Shown one piece after another: positions 10,657-22,688 of a DNA stretch of 64,000 nucleotides. A program made the position numbers and the translations under genes. The notes beneath the pieces are model-generated. The model was given only the letters and a program-made list of their open reading frames with translations, did no database searches and was not told the DNA's origin. The stretch comes from Escherichia coli O127:H6 str. E2348/69 (GTDB taxonomy: Bacteria; Pseudomonadota; Gammaproteobacteria; Enterobacterales; Enterobacteriaceae), in the NCBI RefSeq assembly GCF_000026545.1, contig NC_011601.1; one strand, given 5' to 3'. Positions within the stretch are counted from its first letter, which is position 1. Every line of letters starts with the position of its first letter.

Positions 10657-11442
10657 ATGGAAATCAGTCTGTTGCAGGCATTTGCGTTGGGCATTATCGC
10701 CTTTATCGCTGGCCTGGATATGTTTAACGGCTTAACCCATATGCACCGCCCGGTGGTCCTCGGCCCGTTGGTCGGACTGGTACTTGGCGATCTGCATACC
10801 GGTATTTTAACCGGCGGTACGCTGGAACTGGTGTGGATGGGGCTGGCCCCGCTGGCAGGCGCACAACCGCCTAACGTGATTATCGGTACTATCGTCGGCA
10901 CGGCGTTTGCCATTACTACTGGCGTGAAACCCGATGTCGCGGTCGGTGTCGCCGTACCTTTCGCTGTCGCAGTACAGATGGGGATTACCTTCCTGTTCTC
11001 GGTGATGTCCGGCGTGATGTCCCGATGCGACCGGATGGCGGAGAACGCCGATACTCGCGGCATTGAACGCGTGAACTATCTGGCACTGCTGGCACTCGGC
11101 ACTTTCTATTTTCTCTGCGCTTTCCTGCCTATCTACTTCGGCGCGGAACATGCAAAAACCATCATTGATGTCCTGCCGCAACGATTAATCGACGGCCTCG
11201 GCGTCGCGGGCGGCATCATGCCAGCAATCGGTTTTGCCGTGCTGCTGAAAATCATGATGAAAAACGTCTACATCCCCTACTTCATCCTGGGCTTTGTTGC
11301 CGCAGCCTGGCTCAAGTTACCGGTGCTGGCTATTGCTGCCGCTGCGCTGGCGATGGCGATGGCGCTCATCGACCTGCTGCGTAAATCTCCTGAACCGACT
11401 CAACCTGCGGCACAGAAAGAGGAATTTGAAGATGGCATCTAA
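10657..11442 (+). CDS. agaW: PTS N-acetylgalactosamine-specific IIC component, full length (261 aa)
   Basis: Polytopic mannose-family IIC translation; uninterrupted frame. Confidence 0.85.
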   Translation: MEISLLQAFALGIIAFIAGLDMFNGLTHMHRPVVLGPLVGLVLGDLHTGILTGGTLELVWMGLAPLAGAQPPNVIIGTIVGTAFAITTGVKPDVAVGVAVPFAVAVQMGITFLFSVMSGVMSRCDRMAENADTRGIERVNYLALLALGTFYFLCAFLPIYFGAEHAKTIIDVLPQRLIDGLGVAGGIMPAIGFAVLLKIMMKNVYIPYFILGFVAAAWLKLPVLAIAAAALAMAMALIDLLRKSPEPTQPAAQKEEFEDGI

Positions 11443-12310
11443 TCAAACCACCCTGCCGAACGTCAGCGAAAATGAAGAAACACTGCTGACTGGCGTCAAT
11501 GAAAACGTGTATGAAGATCAGAGCATTGGCGCGGAGCTGACGAAAAAAGATATCAACCGCGTCGCCTGGCGTTCCATGTTGTTACAGGCTTCTTTCAACT
11601 ACGAACGTATGCAGGCTTCCGGCTGGCTGTACGGCCTGCTGCCAGCACTGAAAAAGATCCACACTAATAAACGCGACCTGGCGCGCGCTATGAAGGGGCA
11701 TATGGGTTTCTTCAATACCCATCCGTTTCTGGTGACGTTTGTTATCGGCATTATCCTTGCGATGGAGCGTTCTAAGCAGGACGTTAACAGTATTCAGAGC
11801 ACCAAAATTGCCGTCGGTGCGCCGCTCGGCGGGATTGGCGATGCGATGTTCTGGCTAACGCTACTGCCGATTTGTGGCGGGATTGGTGCAAGCCTCGCGC
11901 TACAAGGCTCTATTCTTGGCGCTGTCGTCTTTATTGTGCTGTTCAACGTGGTACACCTGGGGCTGCGTTTTGGTCTGGCGCATTATGCTTACCGCATGGG
12001 CGTGGCGGCGATTCCACTCATTAAAGCGAATACCAAAAAAGTCGGCCATGCTGCGTCTATCGTTGGGATGACGGTAATCGGCGCGCTGGTGGCAACCTAT
12101 GTTCGTTTAAGCACCACGCTGGAAATCACAGCGGGCGACGCAGTGGTTAAGTTACAGGCTGATGTTATCGACAAACTGATGCCTGCCTTCTTACCGCTGG
12201 TCTACACCCTGACCATGTTCTGGCTGGTACGCCGCGGCTGGAGTCCGCTGCGCCTGATTGCAGTGACCGTGGTTCTCGGCATCGTCGGTAAATTCTGCCA
12301 TTTCCTTTAA
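11432..12310 (+). CDS. agaE: PTS N-acetylgalactosamine-specific IID component (292 aa)
   Basis: Translation from MASNQTTLPNVSENEE; the ATG overlaps the agaW stop by 11 nt (translational coupling). Confidence 0.85.
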   Translation: MASNQTTLPNVSENEETLLTGVNENVYEDQSIGAELTKKDINRVAWRSMLLQASFNYERMQASGWLYGLLPALKKIHTNKRDLARAMKGHMGFFNTHPFLVTFVIGIILAMERSKQDVNSIQSTKIAVGAPLGGIGDAMFWLTLLPICGGIGASLALQGSILGAVVFIVLFNVVHLGLRFGLAHYAYRMGVAAIPLIKANTKKVGHAASIVGMTVIGALVATYVRLSTTLEITAGDAVVKLQADVIDKLMPAFLPLVYTLTMFWLVRRGWSPLRLIAVTVVLGIVGKFCHFL

Positions 12311-12327
12311 ATACAATGAGGTATTAG

Positions 12328-12762
12328 ATGTTAAGTATTATTTTGACAGGGCATGGCGGATTTGCCAGCGGCATGGAAAAAGCAATGAAGCAAATTCTCG
12401 GTGAGCAATCGCAGTTTATCGCCATCGATTTTCCGGAAACCTCAAGCACCGCGCTGCTTACATCGCAGCTTGAAGAGGCCATCGTCCAACTGGATTGTGA
12501 AGACGGCATTGTTTTTCTGACGGATTTGCTGGGCGGCACGCCGTTTCGCGTAGCTTCAACGCTGGCGATGCAAAAACCGGGCTGTGAAGTGATCACAGGG
12601 ACCAATTTACAACTGCTACTGGAGATGGTGCTGGAACGCGAAGGGTTAAGCGGTGAAGAGTTTCGTGTGCAGGCGCTGGAGTGTGGACACCGTGGGCTAA
12701 CCAGTCTGGTGGACGAACTTGGTCGCTGCCATGAGGAATGTCCGGTCGAGGAAGGAATATGA
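12328..12762 (+). CDS. agaF: PTS IIA component of the aga system (144 aa)
   Basis: Mannose-family IIA translation (MLSIILTGHGGFASG). Confidence 0.85.
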   Translation: MLSIILTGHGGFASGMEKAMKQILGEQSQFIAIDFPETSSTALLTSQLEEAIVQLDCEDGIVFLTDLLGGTPFRVASTLAMQKPGCEVITGTNLQLLLEMVLEREGLSGEEFRVQALECGHRGLTSLVDELGRCHEECPVEEGI

Positions 12763-13892
12763 CACACGTTCTGCGCGCCAGAAGGCTGCTGACTGAAGAG
12801 GGATGGTTCGATAACCATCAGTTGCGTATTGCTGACGGTGTAATCGCAGCAATCGAACCGATTCCAGTGGGCGTGACTGAACGCGATGCGGAACTGCTCT
12901 GCCCCGCTTACATCGACACCCATGTACACGGTGGTGCGGGCGTTGATGTAATGGATGACGCGCCGGATGCGCTCGACAAGCTGGCAATGCACAAAGCACG
13001 CGAAGGTGTCGGCAGTTGGTTACCGACCACCGTAACCGCGCCGCTTAATACCATTCATGCGGCGCTGGAACGTATTGCTCAACGTTGCCAACGCGGCGGA
13101 CCTGGTGCTCAAATACTGGGGAGTTATCTCGAAGGACCGTACTTCACGCCGCAGAATAAAGGCGCGCATCCGCCGGAGCTGTTTCGCGAGCTGGAAATTG
13201 CCGAGCTGGATCAATTGATTGCCGTTTCTCAGCACACCTTGCGCGTGGTGGCGCTGGCACCGGAAAAAGAAGGGGCATTGCAGGCCATCCGCCATCTTAA
13301 ACAGCAAAACGTAAGGGTGATGCTGGGGCATAGCGCGGCGACCTGGCAACAAACCCGCGCCGCGTTTGATGCTGGTGCCGACGGCCTGGTGCATTGCTAT
13401 AACGGGATGACAGGTTTACATCACCGCGAACCGGGAATGGTTGGCGCGGGATTAACGGACAAGCGCGCCTGGCTGGAACTGATAGCCGATGGTCATCATG
13501 TGCATCCGGCGGCGATGTCGCTGTGTTGTTGCTGTGCGAAAGAGAGAATCGTGCTGATCACCGACGCGATGCAGGCAGCCGGGATGCCGGATGGTCGCTA
13601 TACGTTATGTGGCGAAGAAGTGCAGATGCACGGTGGCGTTGTCCGTACCGCGTCCGGTGGGCTGGCGGGCAGTACGCTGTCTGTCGATGCGGCAGTGCGC
13701 AACATGGTCGAGTTGACGGGCGTAACGCCTGCGGAAGCCATCCATATGGCGTCGCTGCATCCGGCGCGTATGCTGGGTGTTGATGATGTTCTGGGATCGC
13801 TTAAACCGGGCAAACGCGCCAGCGTCGTTGCGCTGGATAGCGGGCTGCATGTGCAACAAATCTGGATTCAGGGTCAATTAGCTTCGTTTTGA
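12759..13892 (+). CDS. agaA: N-acetylgalactosamine-6-phosphate deacetylase, full length (377 aa)
   Basis: Translation from MTHVLRARRLLTEEGW, NagA-like amidohydrolase; ATGA overlap with the agaF stop. Confidence 0.85.
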   Translation: MTHVLRARRLLTEEGWFDNHQLRIADGVIAAIEPIPVGVTERDAELLCPAYIDTHVHGGAGVDVMDDAPDALDKLAMHKAREGVGSWLPTTVTAPLNTIHAALERIAQRCQRGGPGAQILGSYLEGPYFTPQNKGAHPPELFRELEIAELDQLIAVSQHTLRVVALAPEKEGALQAIRHLKQQNVRVMLGHSAATWQQTRAAFDAGADGLVHCYNGMTGLHHREPGMVGAGLTDKRAWLELIADGHHVHPAAMSLCCCCAKERIVLITDAMQAAGMPDGRYTLCGEEVQMHGGVVRTASGGLAGSTLSVDAAVRNMVELTGVTPAEAIHMASLHPARMLGVDDVLGSLKPGKRASVVALDSGLHVQQIWIQGQLASF

Positions 13893-14039
13893 TGGTTTGC
13901 TCCTTTATTGGGCCTTCACTTCCCCCGTAAGACCTTTCTTTTTCTTTCGTTGTGCTCTGTGCAGGGTATCGGATGCGACGCTGACGCGTCTTCTTTGACC
14001 TACGGTACGCCGCATCCGGCAATCGGTGCACATAGCGAC

Positions 14040-14240
14040 GTCATCACGCAATCCTTTAATCTTCCCTTGTCTTTTCTTTCAATGATCACAAATTTCGGTT
14101 TATTTCTTTTTTCTCCGTTGAACTTTCAGTTTCTTTTCTATAGATTTTAATCAACGAAAGAAATCACCAAGTGAAATGAAACGAAAGGCAAGCGAAAGCG
14201 ACAACGCCGACGTCAAGTTCATCAGACTAAGGATTGAGTT
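14040..14240. promoter_or_regulatory. agaS promoter region with repeated TTTCGGTTT / TTTCAGTTT / CGAAAG motifs (candidate AgaR operators)
   Basis: Same motif family as in the agaR-kbaZ region, clustered immediately upstream of agaS. Confidence 0.45.
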
Positions 14241-15395
14241 ATGCCAGAAAATTACACCCCTGCTGCTGCCGCAACCGGTACATGGACTGAAGAAGAGATC
14301 CGCCATCAGCCTCGCGCATGGATCCGTTCACTCACCAACATCGACGCGCTACGTTCCGCGCTCAATAACTTCCTTGAACCGTTACTGCGCAAAGAGAATC
14401 TGCAAATCATCCTGACCGGAGCCGGAACCTCGGCATTTATCGGCGACATCATCGCGCCGTGGCTCGCCAGCCATACCGGTAAAAACTTCAGCGCCGTACC
14501 AACCACCGATCTGGTCACCAATCCAATGGACTACCTGCACCCAGCTCATCCGCTACTGTTGATCTCCTTCGGTCGATCCGGCAACAGCCCGGAAAGCGTC
14601 GCCGCCGTGGAACTGGCAAATCAATTTGTACCAGAATGCTATCACCTGCCGATCACCTGCAACGAAGCGGGCGCTCTTTACCAAAACGCGATCAACAGCG
14701 ACAACGCGTTTGCCCTGCTGATGCCCGCAGAAACGCACGATCGCGGCTTCGCGATGACCAGCAGCATTACCACCATGATGGCCAGCTGCCTCGCGGTTTT
14801 CGCACCTGAGATGATCAACAGCCAAACCTTCCGCGACGTGGCGGATCGTTGCCAGGCGATCCTGACCTCACTGGGCGATTTCAGCGAAGGTGTGTTTGGT
14901 TACGCACCGTGGAAACGGATCGTTTATCTCGGCAGCGGTGGCTTACAGGGCGCAGCACGCGAGTCGGCGCTGAAAGTACTGGAACTGACAGCGGGTAAAC
15001 TGGCGGCCTTCTATGATTCCCCGACCGGATTCCGTCATGGCCCGAAATCGCTGGTCGATAACGAAACGCTGGTGGTGGTATTTGTCTCCAGCCACCCTTA
15101 CACCCGTCAGTATGATCTTGATCTGCTGGCAGAACTCCGCCGCGATAACCAGGCAATGCGCGTAATCGCCATCGCCGCGGAAAGCAACGACGTTATTGCC
15201 GCCGGTCCACATATCATCCTGCCGCCGTCCCGTCACTTTATCGACGTTGAGCAGGCATTTTGCTTCCTGATGTACGCCCAGACATTTGCACTGATGCAGT
15301 CGCTGCACATGGGTAATACGCCGGATACCCCATCAGCCAGTGGCACCGTTAACCGCGTGGTGCAAGGCGTAATCATTCATCCGTGGCAGGCATAA
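14241..15395 (+). CDS. agaS: Galactosamine-6-phosphate deaminase/isomerase, SIS-domain protein (384 aa)
   Basis: Translation and length match recalled AgaS. Confidence 0.9.
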   Translation: MPENYTPAAAATGTWTEEEIRHQPRAWIRSLTNIDALRSALNNFLEPLLRKENLQIILTGAGTSAFIGDIIAPWLASHTGKNFSAVPTTDLVTNPMDYLHPAHPLLLISFGRSGNSPESVAAVELANQFVPECYHLPITCNEAGALYQNAINSDNAFALLMPAETHDRGFAMTSSITTMMASCLAVFAPEMINSQTFRDVADRCQAILTSLGDFSEGVFGYAPWKRIVYLGSGGLQGAARESALKVLELTAGKLAAFYDSPTGFRHGPKSLVDNETLVVVFVSSHPYTRQYDLDLLAELRRDNQAMRVIAIAAESNDVIAAGPHIILPPSRHFIDVEQAFCFLMYAQTFALMQSLHMGNTPDTPSASGTVNRVVQGVIIHPWQA

Positions 15396-16268
<873 letters not shown>

Positions 16269-16434
16269 TCATTAGTTTTTTATGATTTATCCCAATGTAC
16301 TTCCCGATTAATATCGGGGAGTGCCTTAATGGTAAAGGAGATAACTAAACCTTAATAAATACATCAGTAAAATATCGCAACAATAATATATTTAAAAAAA
16401 TTATATTATTCAACTTTATGGTGAGGATCACACA

Positions 16435-16911
16435 ATGAGCAGTCCAAATATTCTCTTAACCCGTATTGATAACCGTCTGGTTCACGGTCAGGTTGGCGTG
16501 ACCTGGACATCCACCATCGGTGCAAATCTGCTGGTAGTCGTGGATGATGTTGTCGCTAACGATGATATTCAACAGAAATTAATGGGTATTACCGCGGAAA
16601 CCTACGGCTTTGGCATTCGTTTCTTTACTATCGAAAAAACCATTAACGTCATCGGCAAAGCTGCACCGCATCAGAAGATCTTCCTGATTTGCCGCACGCC
16701 ACAAACGGTACGTAAATTGGTAGAAGGTGGCATTGACCTGAAAGATGTCAACATCGGCAATATGCATTTCTCGGAAGGGAAAAAGCAAATCAGCAGTAAA
16801 GTTTATGTCGATGACCAGGATCTCACGGACTTACGTTTTATTAAACAACGTGGCGTGAATGTTTTCATTCAGGACGTCCCTGGCGATCAAAAAGAACAAA
16901 TCCCTGACTAA
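16435..16911 (+). CDS. agaB: PTS galactosamine-specific IIB component (158 aa)
   Basis: Mannose-family IIB translation, paralogous to agaV. Confidence 0.9.
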   Translation: MSSPNILLTRIDNRLVHGQVGVTWTSTIGANLLVVVDDVVANDDIQQKLMGITAETYGFGIRFFTIEKTINVIGKAAPHQKIFLICRTPQTVRKLVEGGIDLKDVNIGNMHFSEGKKQISSKVYVDDQDLTDLRFIKQRGVNVFIQDVPGDQKEQIPD

Positions 16912-16949
16912 ATCTAAAATCGCCTTAATATTGGTTTGAGGTAATAAAA

Positions 16950-17753
16950 ATGCATGAAATAACCCTACTCCAGGGATTATCCCTGGCGGCGTTAGTTTTC
17001 GTTCTGGGGATTGATTTTTGGCTGGAAGCCTTATTTTTATTCCGCCCGATAATCGTTTGTACCCTTACAGGTGCTATTCTCGGTGATATTCAGACTGGCT
17101 TAATTACCGGTGGCCTGACAGAGTTGGCTTTCGCCGGATTAACCCCTGCAGGTGGTGTTCAGCCGCCCAACCCTATTATGGCGGGTCTGATGACCACCGT
17201 CATTGCATGGTCTACGGGCGTTGATGCCAAAACGGCAATTGGTCTTGGCCTGCCGTTTAGTTTGTTAATGCAGTACGTCATTCTGTTCTTCTATTCCGCT
17301 TTCTCATTATTTATGACCAAAGCCGATAAATGCGCGAAAGAGGCGGATACGGCAGCGTTTTCCCGACTTAACTGGACAACGATGCTCATCGTTGCTTCAG
17401 CGTATGCGGTGATTGCTTTCCTCTGTACTTACCTGGCACAGGGGGCGATGCAGGCGCTGGTGAAAGCGATGCCCGCCTGGCTGACCCACGGCTTTGAAGT
17501 GGCTGGCGGTATTCTGCCTGCCGTTGGTTTTGGCTTGCTGCTGCGCGTAATGTTCAAAGCGCAATATATCCCTTACCTGATCGCCGGTTTCCTGTTCGTT
17601 TGCTACATCCAGGTCAGCAACCTGTTGCCGGTTGCCGTGTTGGGCGCAGGCTTTGCGGTGTATGAGTTTTTCAATGCGAAATCCCGGCAGCAAGCGCAAC
17701 CGCAGCCCGTTGCCAGTAAAAATGAAGAAGAGGACTACAGCAATGGGATCTGA
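16950..17753 (+). CDS. agaC: PTS galactosamine-specific IIC component (267 aa)
   Basis: Polytopic IIC translation. Confidence 0.9.
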   Translation: MHEITLLQGLSLAALVFVLGIDFWLEALFLFRPIIVCTLTGAILGDIQTGLITGGLTELAFAGLTPAGGVQPPNPIMAGLMTTVIAWSTGVDAKTAIGLGLPFSLLMQYVILFFYSAFSLFMTKADKCAKEADTAAFSRLNWTTMLIVASAYAVIAFLCTYLAQGAMQALVKAMPAWLTHGFEVAGGILPAVGFGLLLRVMFKAQYIPYLIAGFLFVCYIQVSNLLPVAVLGAGFAVYEFFNAKSRQQAQPQPVASKNEEEDYSNGI

Positions 17754-18534
17754 AATCAGTAAAAAAGATATCACCCGTCTGGGCTTTCGTTCGTCACTGC
17801 TACAAGCAAGCTTTAACTACGAAAGGATGCAGGCGGGCGGTTTTACCTGGGCGATGTTGCCGATCCTGAAAAAGATTTATAAGGACGACAAACCGGGCCT
17901 AAGCGCGGCGATGAAAGATAACCTCGAATTTATTAATACCCACCCTAATCTGGTCGGATTCCTGATGGGGTTATTAATTTCGATGGAAGAAAAAGGAGAA
18001 AACCGCGACACCATTAAAGGCCTCAAAGTGGCGCTGTTTGGCCCAATCGCCGGGATTGGCGATGCGATTTTCTGGTTTACCTTGTTGCCAATTATGGCGG
18101 GGATTTGCTCATCGTTTGCCAGTCAGGGGAACCTGTTGGGGCCGATTCTATTTTTCGCCGTTTACCTGCTTATCTTCTTCCTGCGCGTCGGCTGGACCCA
18201 CGTCGGTTATTCAGTCGGCGTGAAGGCGATCGATAAAGTGCGAGAGAACTCGCAGATGATTGCTCGTTCGGCAACCATCCTCGGGATCACGGTAATCGGC
18301 GGGCTGATCGCTTCGTATGTGCATATTAACGTGGTGACATCGTTTGCCATCGACAGTACCCACAGCGTCGCGCTGCAGCAGGATTTCTTCGATAAAGTCT
18401 TCCCGAACATTTTACCGATGGCCTACACCCTGTTGATGTATTACTTCCTGCGGGTGAAAAAAGCGCATCCGGTGCTGTTAATCGGCGTGACTTTTGTGCT
18501 CTCTATTGTTTGTTCTGCATTCGGCATTTTGTAA
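17743..18534 (+). CDS. agaD: PTS galactosamine-specific IID component (263 aa)
   Basis: Translation from MGSEISKKDITRLGFRS; overlaps the agaC stop by 11 nt. Confidence 0.88.
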   Translation: MGSEISKKDITRLGFRSSLLQASFNYERMQAGGFTWAMLPILKKIYKDDKPGLSAAMKDNLEFINTHPNLVGFLMGLLISMEEKGENRDTIKGLKVALFGPIAGIGDAIFWFTLLPIMAGICSSFASQGNLLGPILFFAVYLLIFFLRVGWTHVGYSVGVKAIDKVRENSQMIARSATILGITVIGGLIASYVHINVVTSFAIDSTHSVALQQDFFDKVFPNILPMAYTLLMYYFLRVKKAHPVLLIGVTFVLSIVCSAFGIL

Positions 18535-19302
18535 ATGGAACGAGGCACTGCGTCTGGTGGTGCCTCTTTACTAAAGGAATTTCATCCTGTGCAACCCCTT
18601 CAACAAGTTGAAAACTATACGGCGTTAAGTGAACGTGCCAGCGAATATTTATTGGCCGTGATCCGTAGCAAACCGGATGCCGTGATTTGCCTGGCGACCG
18701 GAGCCACGCCATTACTGACGTATCATTATCTGGTAGAAAAAATCCAGCAGCAGCAGGTTGATGTCAGCCAGCTCACCTTCGTCAAGCTCGACGAATGGGT
18801 GGATCTGCCATTAACGATGCCTGGTACCTGCGAAACTTTCCTTCAACAGCATATCGTGCAGCCGCTGGGGCTACGTGAAGACCAGCTCATCAGCTTTCAC
18901 TCCGAAGAGATAAATGAGACAGAGTGCGAACGGGTAACGAACCTGATTGCGCGCAAAGGCGGTCTGGATTTATGCGTTCTCGGATTGGGGAAAAACGGTC
19001 ATCTTGGGCTGAACGAACCGGGAGAAATCCTGCAACCGGCCTGCCATATCAGTCAACTTGATGCCAGAACACAGCAACATGAGATGTTAAAAACCGCGGA
19101 CCGTCCCGTGACTCGTGGGATCACCTTAGGCCTGAAGGATATTCTCAATGCCAGCGAAGTTTTGTTACTGGTGACTGGCGAAGGAAAACAGGATGCGACA
19201 GAACGTTTTCTCACGGCTAAAGTCTCCACCGCTATCCCGGCTTCATTTTTATGGCTGCATAACTATTTCACATGCATGATTGATGAAATGTGTCGTCGTT
19301 AA
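18535..19302 (+). CDS. agaI: Putative galactosamine-6-phosphate deaminase/isomerase, NagB-like (255 aa)
   Basis: NagB/6-phosphogluconolactonase-like translation; ATG directly abuts the agaD stop. Confidence 0.85.
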   Translation: MERGTASGGASLLKEFHPVQPLQQVENYTALSERASEYLLAVIRSKPDAVICLATGATPLLTYHYLVEKIQQQQVDVSQLTFVKLDEWVDLPLTMPGTCETFLQQHIVQPLGLREDQLISFHSEEINETECERVTNLIARKGGLDLCVLGLGKNGHLGLNEPGEILQPACHISQLDARTQQHEMLKTADRPVTRGITLGLKDILNASEVLLLVTGEGKQDATERFLTAKVSTAIPASFLWLHNYFTCMIDEMCRR

Positions 19303-19351
19303 CTCGCCAGGTAAAGGTGTTGTAGCGCTATTCCTGCTGCGACGCCTGTAA

Positions 19352-20215
19352 TCACTCTCCCTGCTGCTCCAGCGCATACTTATACAGCGCATTTTTCTTC
19401 ACGCCGTGAATTTCTGCGGCCAGCGCTGCCGCTTTTTTCAGCGGCAGTTCTGCCTGTAGCAGCGCCAGCGTGCGCAGGGCATCAGCAGGCAGGTCATCTT
19501 CCTGCGCTTTATGGCCTTCGACAATCAGCACCATTTCGCCTTTGCGACGGTTTTCATCTTCTTTTACCCACGCCAGCAGCTCGCCAACGGACGCGCCGTG
19601 AATGGTTTCCCAGGTTTTGGTTAGCTCACGCGCCAGAACCACGTAACGGGATTCGCCTAATACCGCAACGATATCTTCCAGGCTATCTAACAGACGGTGG
19701 GTAGATTCATAAAAAATCAGCGTGCGCGGCTCCGCTTCAATAGCTTTTAGCGCATCACGGCGGCCTTTTGATTTGGCAGGTAAAAAGCCTTCATAACAAA
19801 AACGATCGGATGGTAAACCCGCGGCGCTTAACGCAGTGATAGCAGCACACGGCCCTGGTAGCGGCACCACGCGAATCCCCGCTTCACGACAGGTACGCAC
19901 CAGATGGTAGCCAGGATCGTTAATTAGCGGCGTTCCGGCATCGGAAACCAGCGCAATGTTTTGCCCCTCTTGCAGCTTCGCCAGCAGCGTTTCGGCTTTT
20001 TGTTGTTCGTTATGGTCGTGCAGCGCAAACAACCGGGCATTAATCCCAAAATGTTGCAGCAATAAACCGGTGTGACGCGTATCCTCGGCGGCAATCAGAT
20101 CAACGGCCTGTAATACCTCTAATGCACGCTGGGTGATATCCGCCAGATTGCCGATTGGCGTCGGTACAATGTAAAGCTGCCCCTGAGAATTATCCGCCGA
20201 TTGGTGTTGTTTCAT
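19352..20215 (-). CDS. rsmI: 16S rRNA C1402 2'-O-methyltransferase
   Basis: Translation and length (287 aa) match recalled RsmI (YraL). Confidence 0.9.
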   Translation of the reverse strand: MKQHQSADNSQGQLYIVPTPIGNLADITQRALEVLQAVDLIAAEDTRHTGLLLQHFGINARLFALHDHNEQQKAETLLAKLQEGQNIALVSDAGTPLINDPGYHLVRTCREAGIRVVPLPGPCAAITALSAAGLPSDRFCYEGFLPAKSKGRRDALKAIEAEPRTLIFYESTHRLLDSLEDIVAVLGESRYVVLARELTKTWETIHGASVGELLAWVKEDENRRKGEMVLIVEGHKAQEDDLPADALRTLALLQAELPLKKAAALAAEIHGVKKNALYKYALEQQGE

Positions 20216-20279
20216 TGTGTCGTCCGTATTGCCGATTTAATATTGAGCATTGCGTAAAAAAAATATCACTGGATACATT

Positions 20280-22316
20280 ATGGTACCCTCAACATTTTCT
20301 CGTTTGAAAGCCGCGCGTTGTCTGCCTGTTGTTTTGGCAGCCCTGATTTTCGCCGGTTGTGGCACCCATACTCCCGATCAGTCCACTGCTTATATGCAGG
20401 GCACGGCGCAGGCTGATTCTGCCTTTTACCTGCAACAGATGCAGCAAAGTTCTGATGATACCAGGATCAACTGGCAATTACTCGCCATTCGTGCACTGGT
20501 GAAAGAAGGTAAAACCGGGCAGGCGGTTGAGTTGTTTAACCAACTACCGCAAGAACTGAATGATACTCAGCGTCGCGAGAAAACACTGCTGGCGGCAGAG
20601 ATTAAACTGGCGCAGAAAGATTTTGCTGGCGCGCAAAACTTGCTGGCGAAAATCACACCTGCCGATTTAGAACAAAACCAGCAAGCCCGTTACTGGCAGG
20701 CAAAAATCGATGCCAGCCAGGGGCGTCCTTCTATTGATTTACTGCGTGCGTTAATTGCTCAGGAACCGCTGCTCGGTGCGAAAGAAAAGCAGCAGAATAT
20801 TGACGCCACATGGCAGGCGCTCTCCTCCATGACTCAGGAGCAGGCGAATACGCTGGTGATCAACGCCGACGAAAATATTCTGCAAGGCTGGCTGGATTTG
20901 CAGCGCGTCTGGTTTGATAACCGTAACGATCCTGACATGATGAAAGCTGGCATCGCCGACTGGCAGAAACGTTATCCGAACAACCCGGGCGCGAAAATGC
21001 TGCCAACGCAGTTGGTTAACGTAAAAGCGTTTAAACCCGCATCGACCAACAAAATCGCCCTGCTGTTGCCACTGAATGGCCAGGCAGCGGTATTTGGTCG
21101 CACTATTCAGCAAGGCTTTGAAGCGGCGAAAAATATCGGCACTCAGCCAGTGGCGGCTCAGGTAGCTGCCGCACCTGCCGCAGACGTAGCAGAACAACCT
21201 CAGCCGCAAACCGTGGATGGCGTTGCCAGCCCGGCACAAGCCTCGGTTAGCGATCTGACCGGTGAACAACCTGCGGCCCAGCCGGTGCCTGTAAGCGCCC
21301 CGGCGGCAACCACCGCAGCGGTAAGCGCACCTGCGAATCCATCCGCAGAGCTGAAAATCTACGATACATCATCACAACCACTTAGCCAGATCTTAAGCCA
21401 GGTTCAACAGGATGGCGCGAGTATTGTGGTCGGTCCGTTGCTGAAAAATAACGTTGAAGAGTTGCTGAAGAGCAACACCCCGCTGAACGTGCTGGCACTG
21501 AACCAGCCGGAGAACATCGAAAACCGTGTCAATATTTGTTACTTCGCGCTTTCACCGGAAGACGAAGCGCGCGATGCAGCGCGTCATATTCGTGACCAGG
21601 GTAAACAAGCGCCGCTGGTGCTGATCCCACGCAGTTCATTGGGCGACCGCGTAGCCAATGCGTTTGCGCAAGAGTGGCAGAAACTGGGCGGCGGCACCGT
21701 TCTGCAACAAAAATTTGGTTCCACCAGCGAATTACGCGCGGGTGTTAACGGCGGTTCTGGTATTGCTTTAACGGGTAGCCCGATTACTCCCAGAGCGACA
21801 ACCGACTCCGGCATGACGACCAACAATCCAACGCTGCAAACCACGCCAACCGATGACCAGTTCACCAATAATGGCGGTCGTGTCGATGCGGTGTACATTG
21901 TGGCAACGCCGGGTGAAATCGCTTTTATCAAACCGATGATCGCCATGCGTAACGGTAGCCAGAGCGGTGCAACGCTGTACGCCAGTTCCCGCAGCGCACA
22001 AGGCACCGCAGGCCCGGATTTCCGTCTGGAGATGGAAGGCTTGCAGTATAGCGAAATCCCGATGCTGGCAGGCGGTAATCTGCCGTTAATGCAGCAGGCG
22101 CTCAGCGCGGTGAACAACGATTATTCTCTGGCTCGCATGTATGCGATGGGCGTCGATGCCTGGTCGTTGGCAAATCATTTCTCACAAATGCGCCAGGTTC
22201 AGGGTTTTGAAATCAACGGTAATACCGGAAGCCTGACGGCAAACCCGGATTGCGTGATTAACAGGAAGTTATCATGGCTACAGTACCAACAAGGTCAGGT
22301 AGTCCCCGCCAGTTAA
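20280..22316 (+). CDS. lpoA: Outer-membrane lipoprotein activator of PBP1a (678 aa)
   Basis: Translation from [28 protein letters not shown] (lipobox); the 10-codon upstream extension is rejected. Confidence 0.9.
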   Translation: MVPSTFSRLKAARCLPVVLAALIFAGCGTHTPDQSTAYMQGTAQADSAFYLQQMQQSSDDTRINWQLLAIRALVKEGKTGQAVELFNQLPQELNDTQRREKTLLAAEIKLAQKDFAGAQNLLAKITPADLEQNQQARYWQAKIDASQGRPSIDLLRALIAQEPLLGAKEKQQNIDATWQALSSMTQEQANTLVINADENILQGWLDLQRVWFDNRNDPDMMKAGIADWQKRYPNNPGAKMLPTQLVNVKAFKPASTNKIALLLPLNGQAAVFGRTIQQGFEAAKNIGTQPVAAQVAAAPAADVAEQPQPQTVDGVASPAQASVSDLTGEQPAAQPVPVSAPAATTAAVSAPANPSAELKIYDTSSQPLSQILSQVQQDGASIVVGPLLKNNVEELLKSNTPLNVLALNQPENIENRVNICYFALSPEDEARDAARHIRDQGKQAPLVLIPRSSLGDRVANAFAQEWQKLGGGTVLQQKFGSTSELRAGVNGGSGIALTGSPITPRATTDSGMTTNNPTLQTTPTDDQFTNNGGRVDAVYIVATPGEIAFIKPMIAMRNGSQSGATLYASSRSAQGTAGPDFRLEMEGLQYSEIPMLAGGNLPLMQQALSAVNNDYSLARMYAMGVDAWSLANHFSQMRQVQGFEINGNTGSLTANPDCVINRKLSWLQYQQGQVVPAS

Positions 22317-22669
22317 CCACCAAACAGACCGGCGATGCGTGGGAAGCACAAGCGCGTCGCTGGCTGGAAGGCAAAGGACTACGGTTTATCGCCGCTAACG
22401 TGAACGAGCGTGGCGGCGAGATCGATCTGATAATGCGTGAAGGCCGGACCACCATTTTTATCGAGGTGCGTTACCGCCGCTCTGCGCTTTATGGCGGCGC
22501 GGCAGCCAGTGTGACCCGCAGCAAACAACACAAATTATTACAGACTGCCCGCTTGTGGCTCGCGCGTCATAATGGGAGTTTTGATACTGTGGATTGCCGG
22601 TTCGATGTGGTAGCCTTCACCGGGAATGAGGTTGAGTGGATTAAGGATGCCTTTAATGACCACTCATAA
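22274..22669 (+). CDS. yraN: UPF0102 family protein YraN (131 aa)
   Basis: Translation; overlaps the 3' end of lpoA by 43 nt. Confidence 0.85.
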   Translation: MATVPTRSGSPRQLTTKQTGDAWEAQARRWLEGKGLRFIAANVNERGGEIDLIMREGRTTIFIEVRYRRSALYGGAAASVTRSKQHKLLQTARLWLARHNGSFDTVDCRFDVVAFTGNEVEWIKDAFNDHS

Positions 22670-22688
22670 TTAAGGTTTAAGGATTAGC

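Noticed and set aside
13908-14150. 80-aa ORF in the agaA-agaS intergenic region
   Set aside because: It overlaps the agaS promoter/operator region and a degenerate REP-like sequence; hydrophobic low-complexity translation; no RBS.
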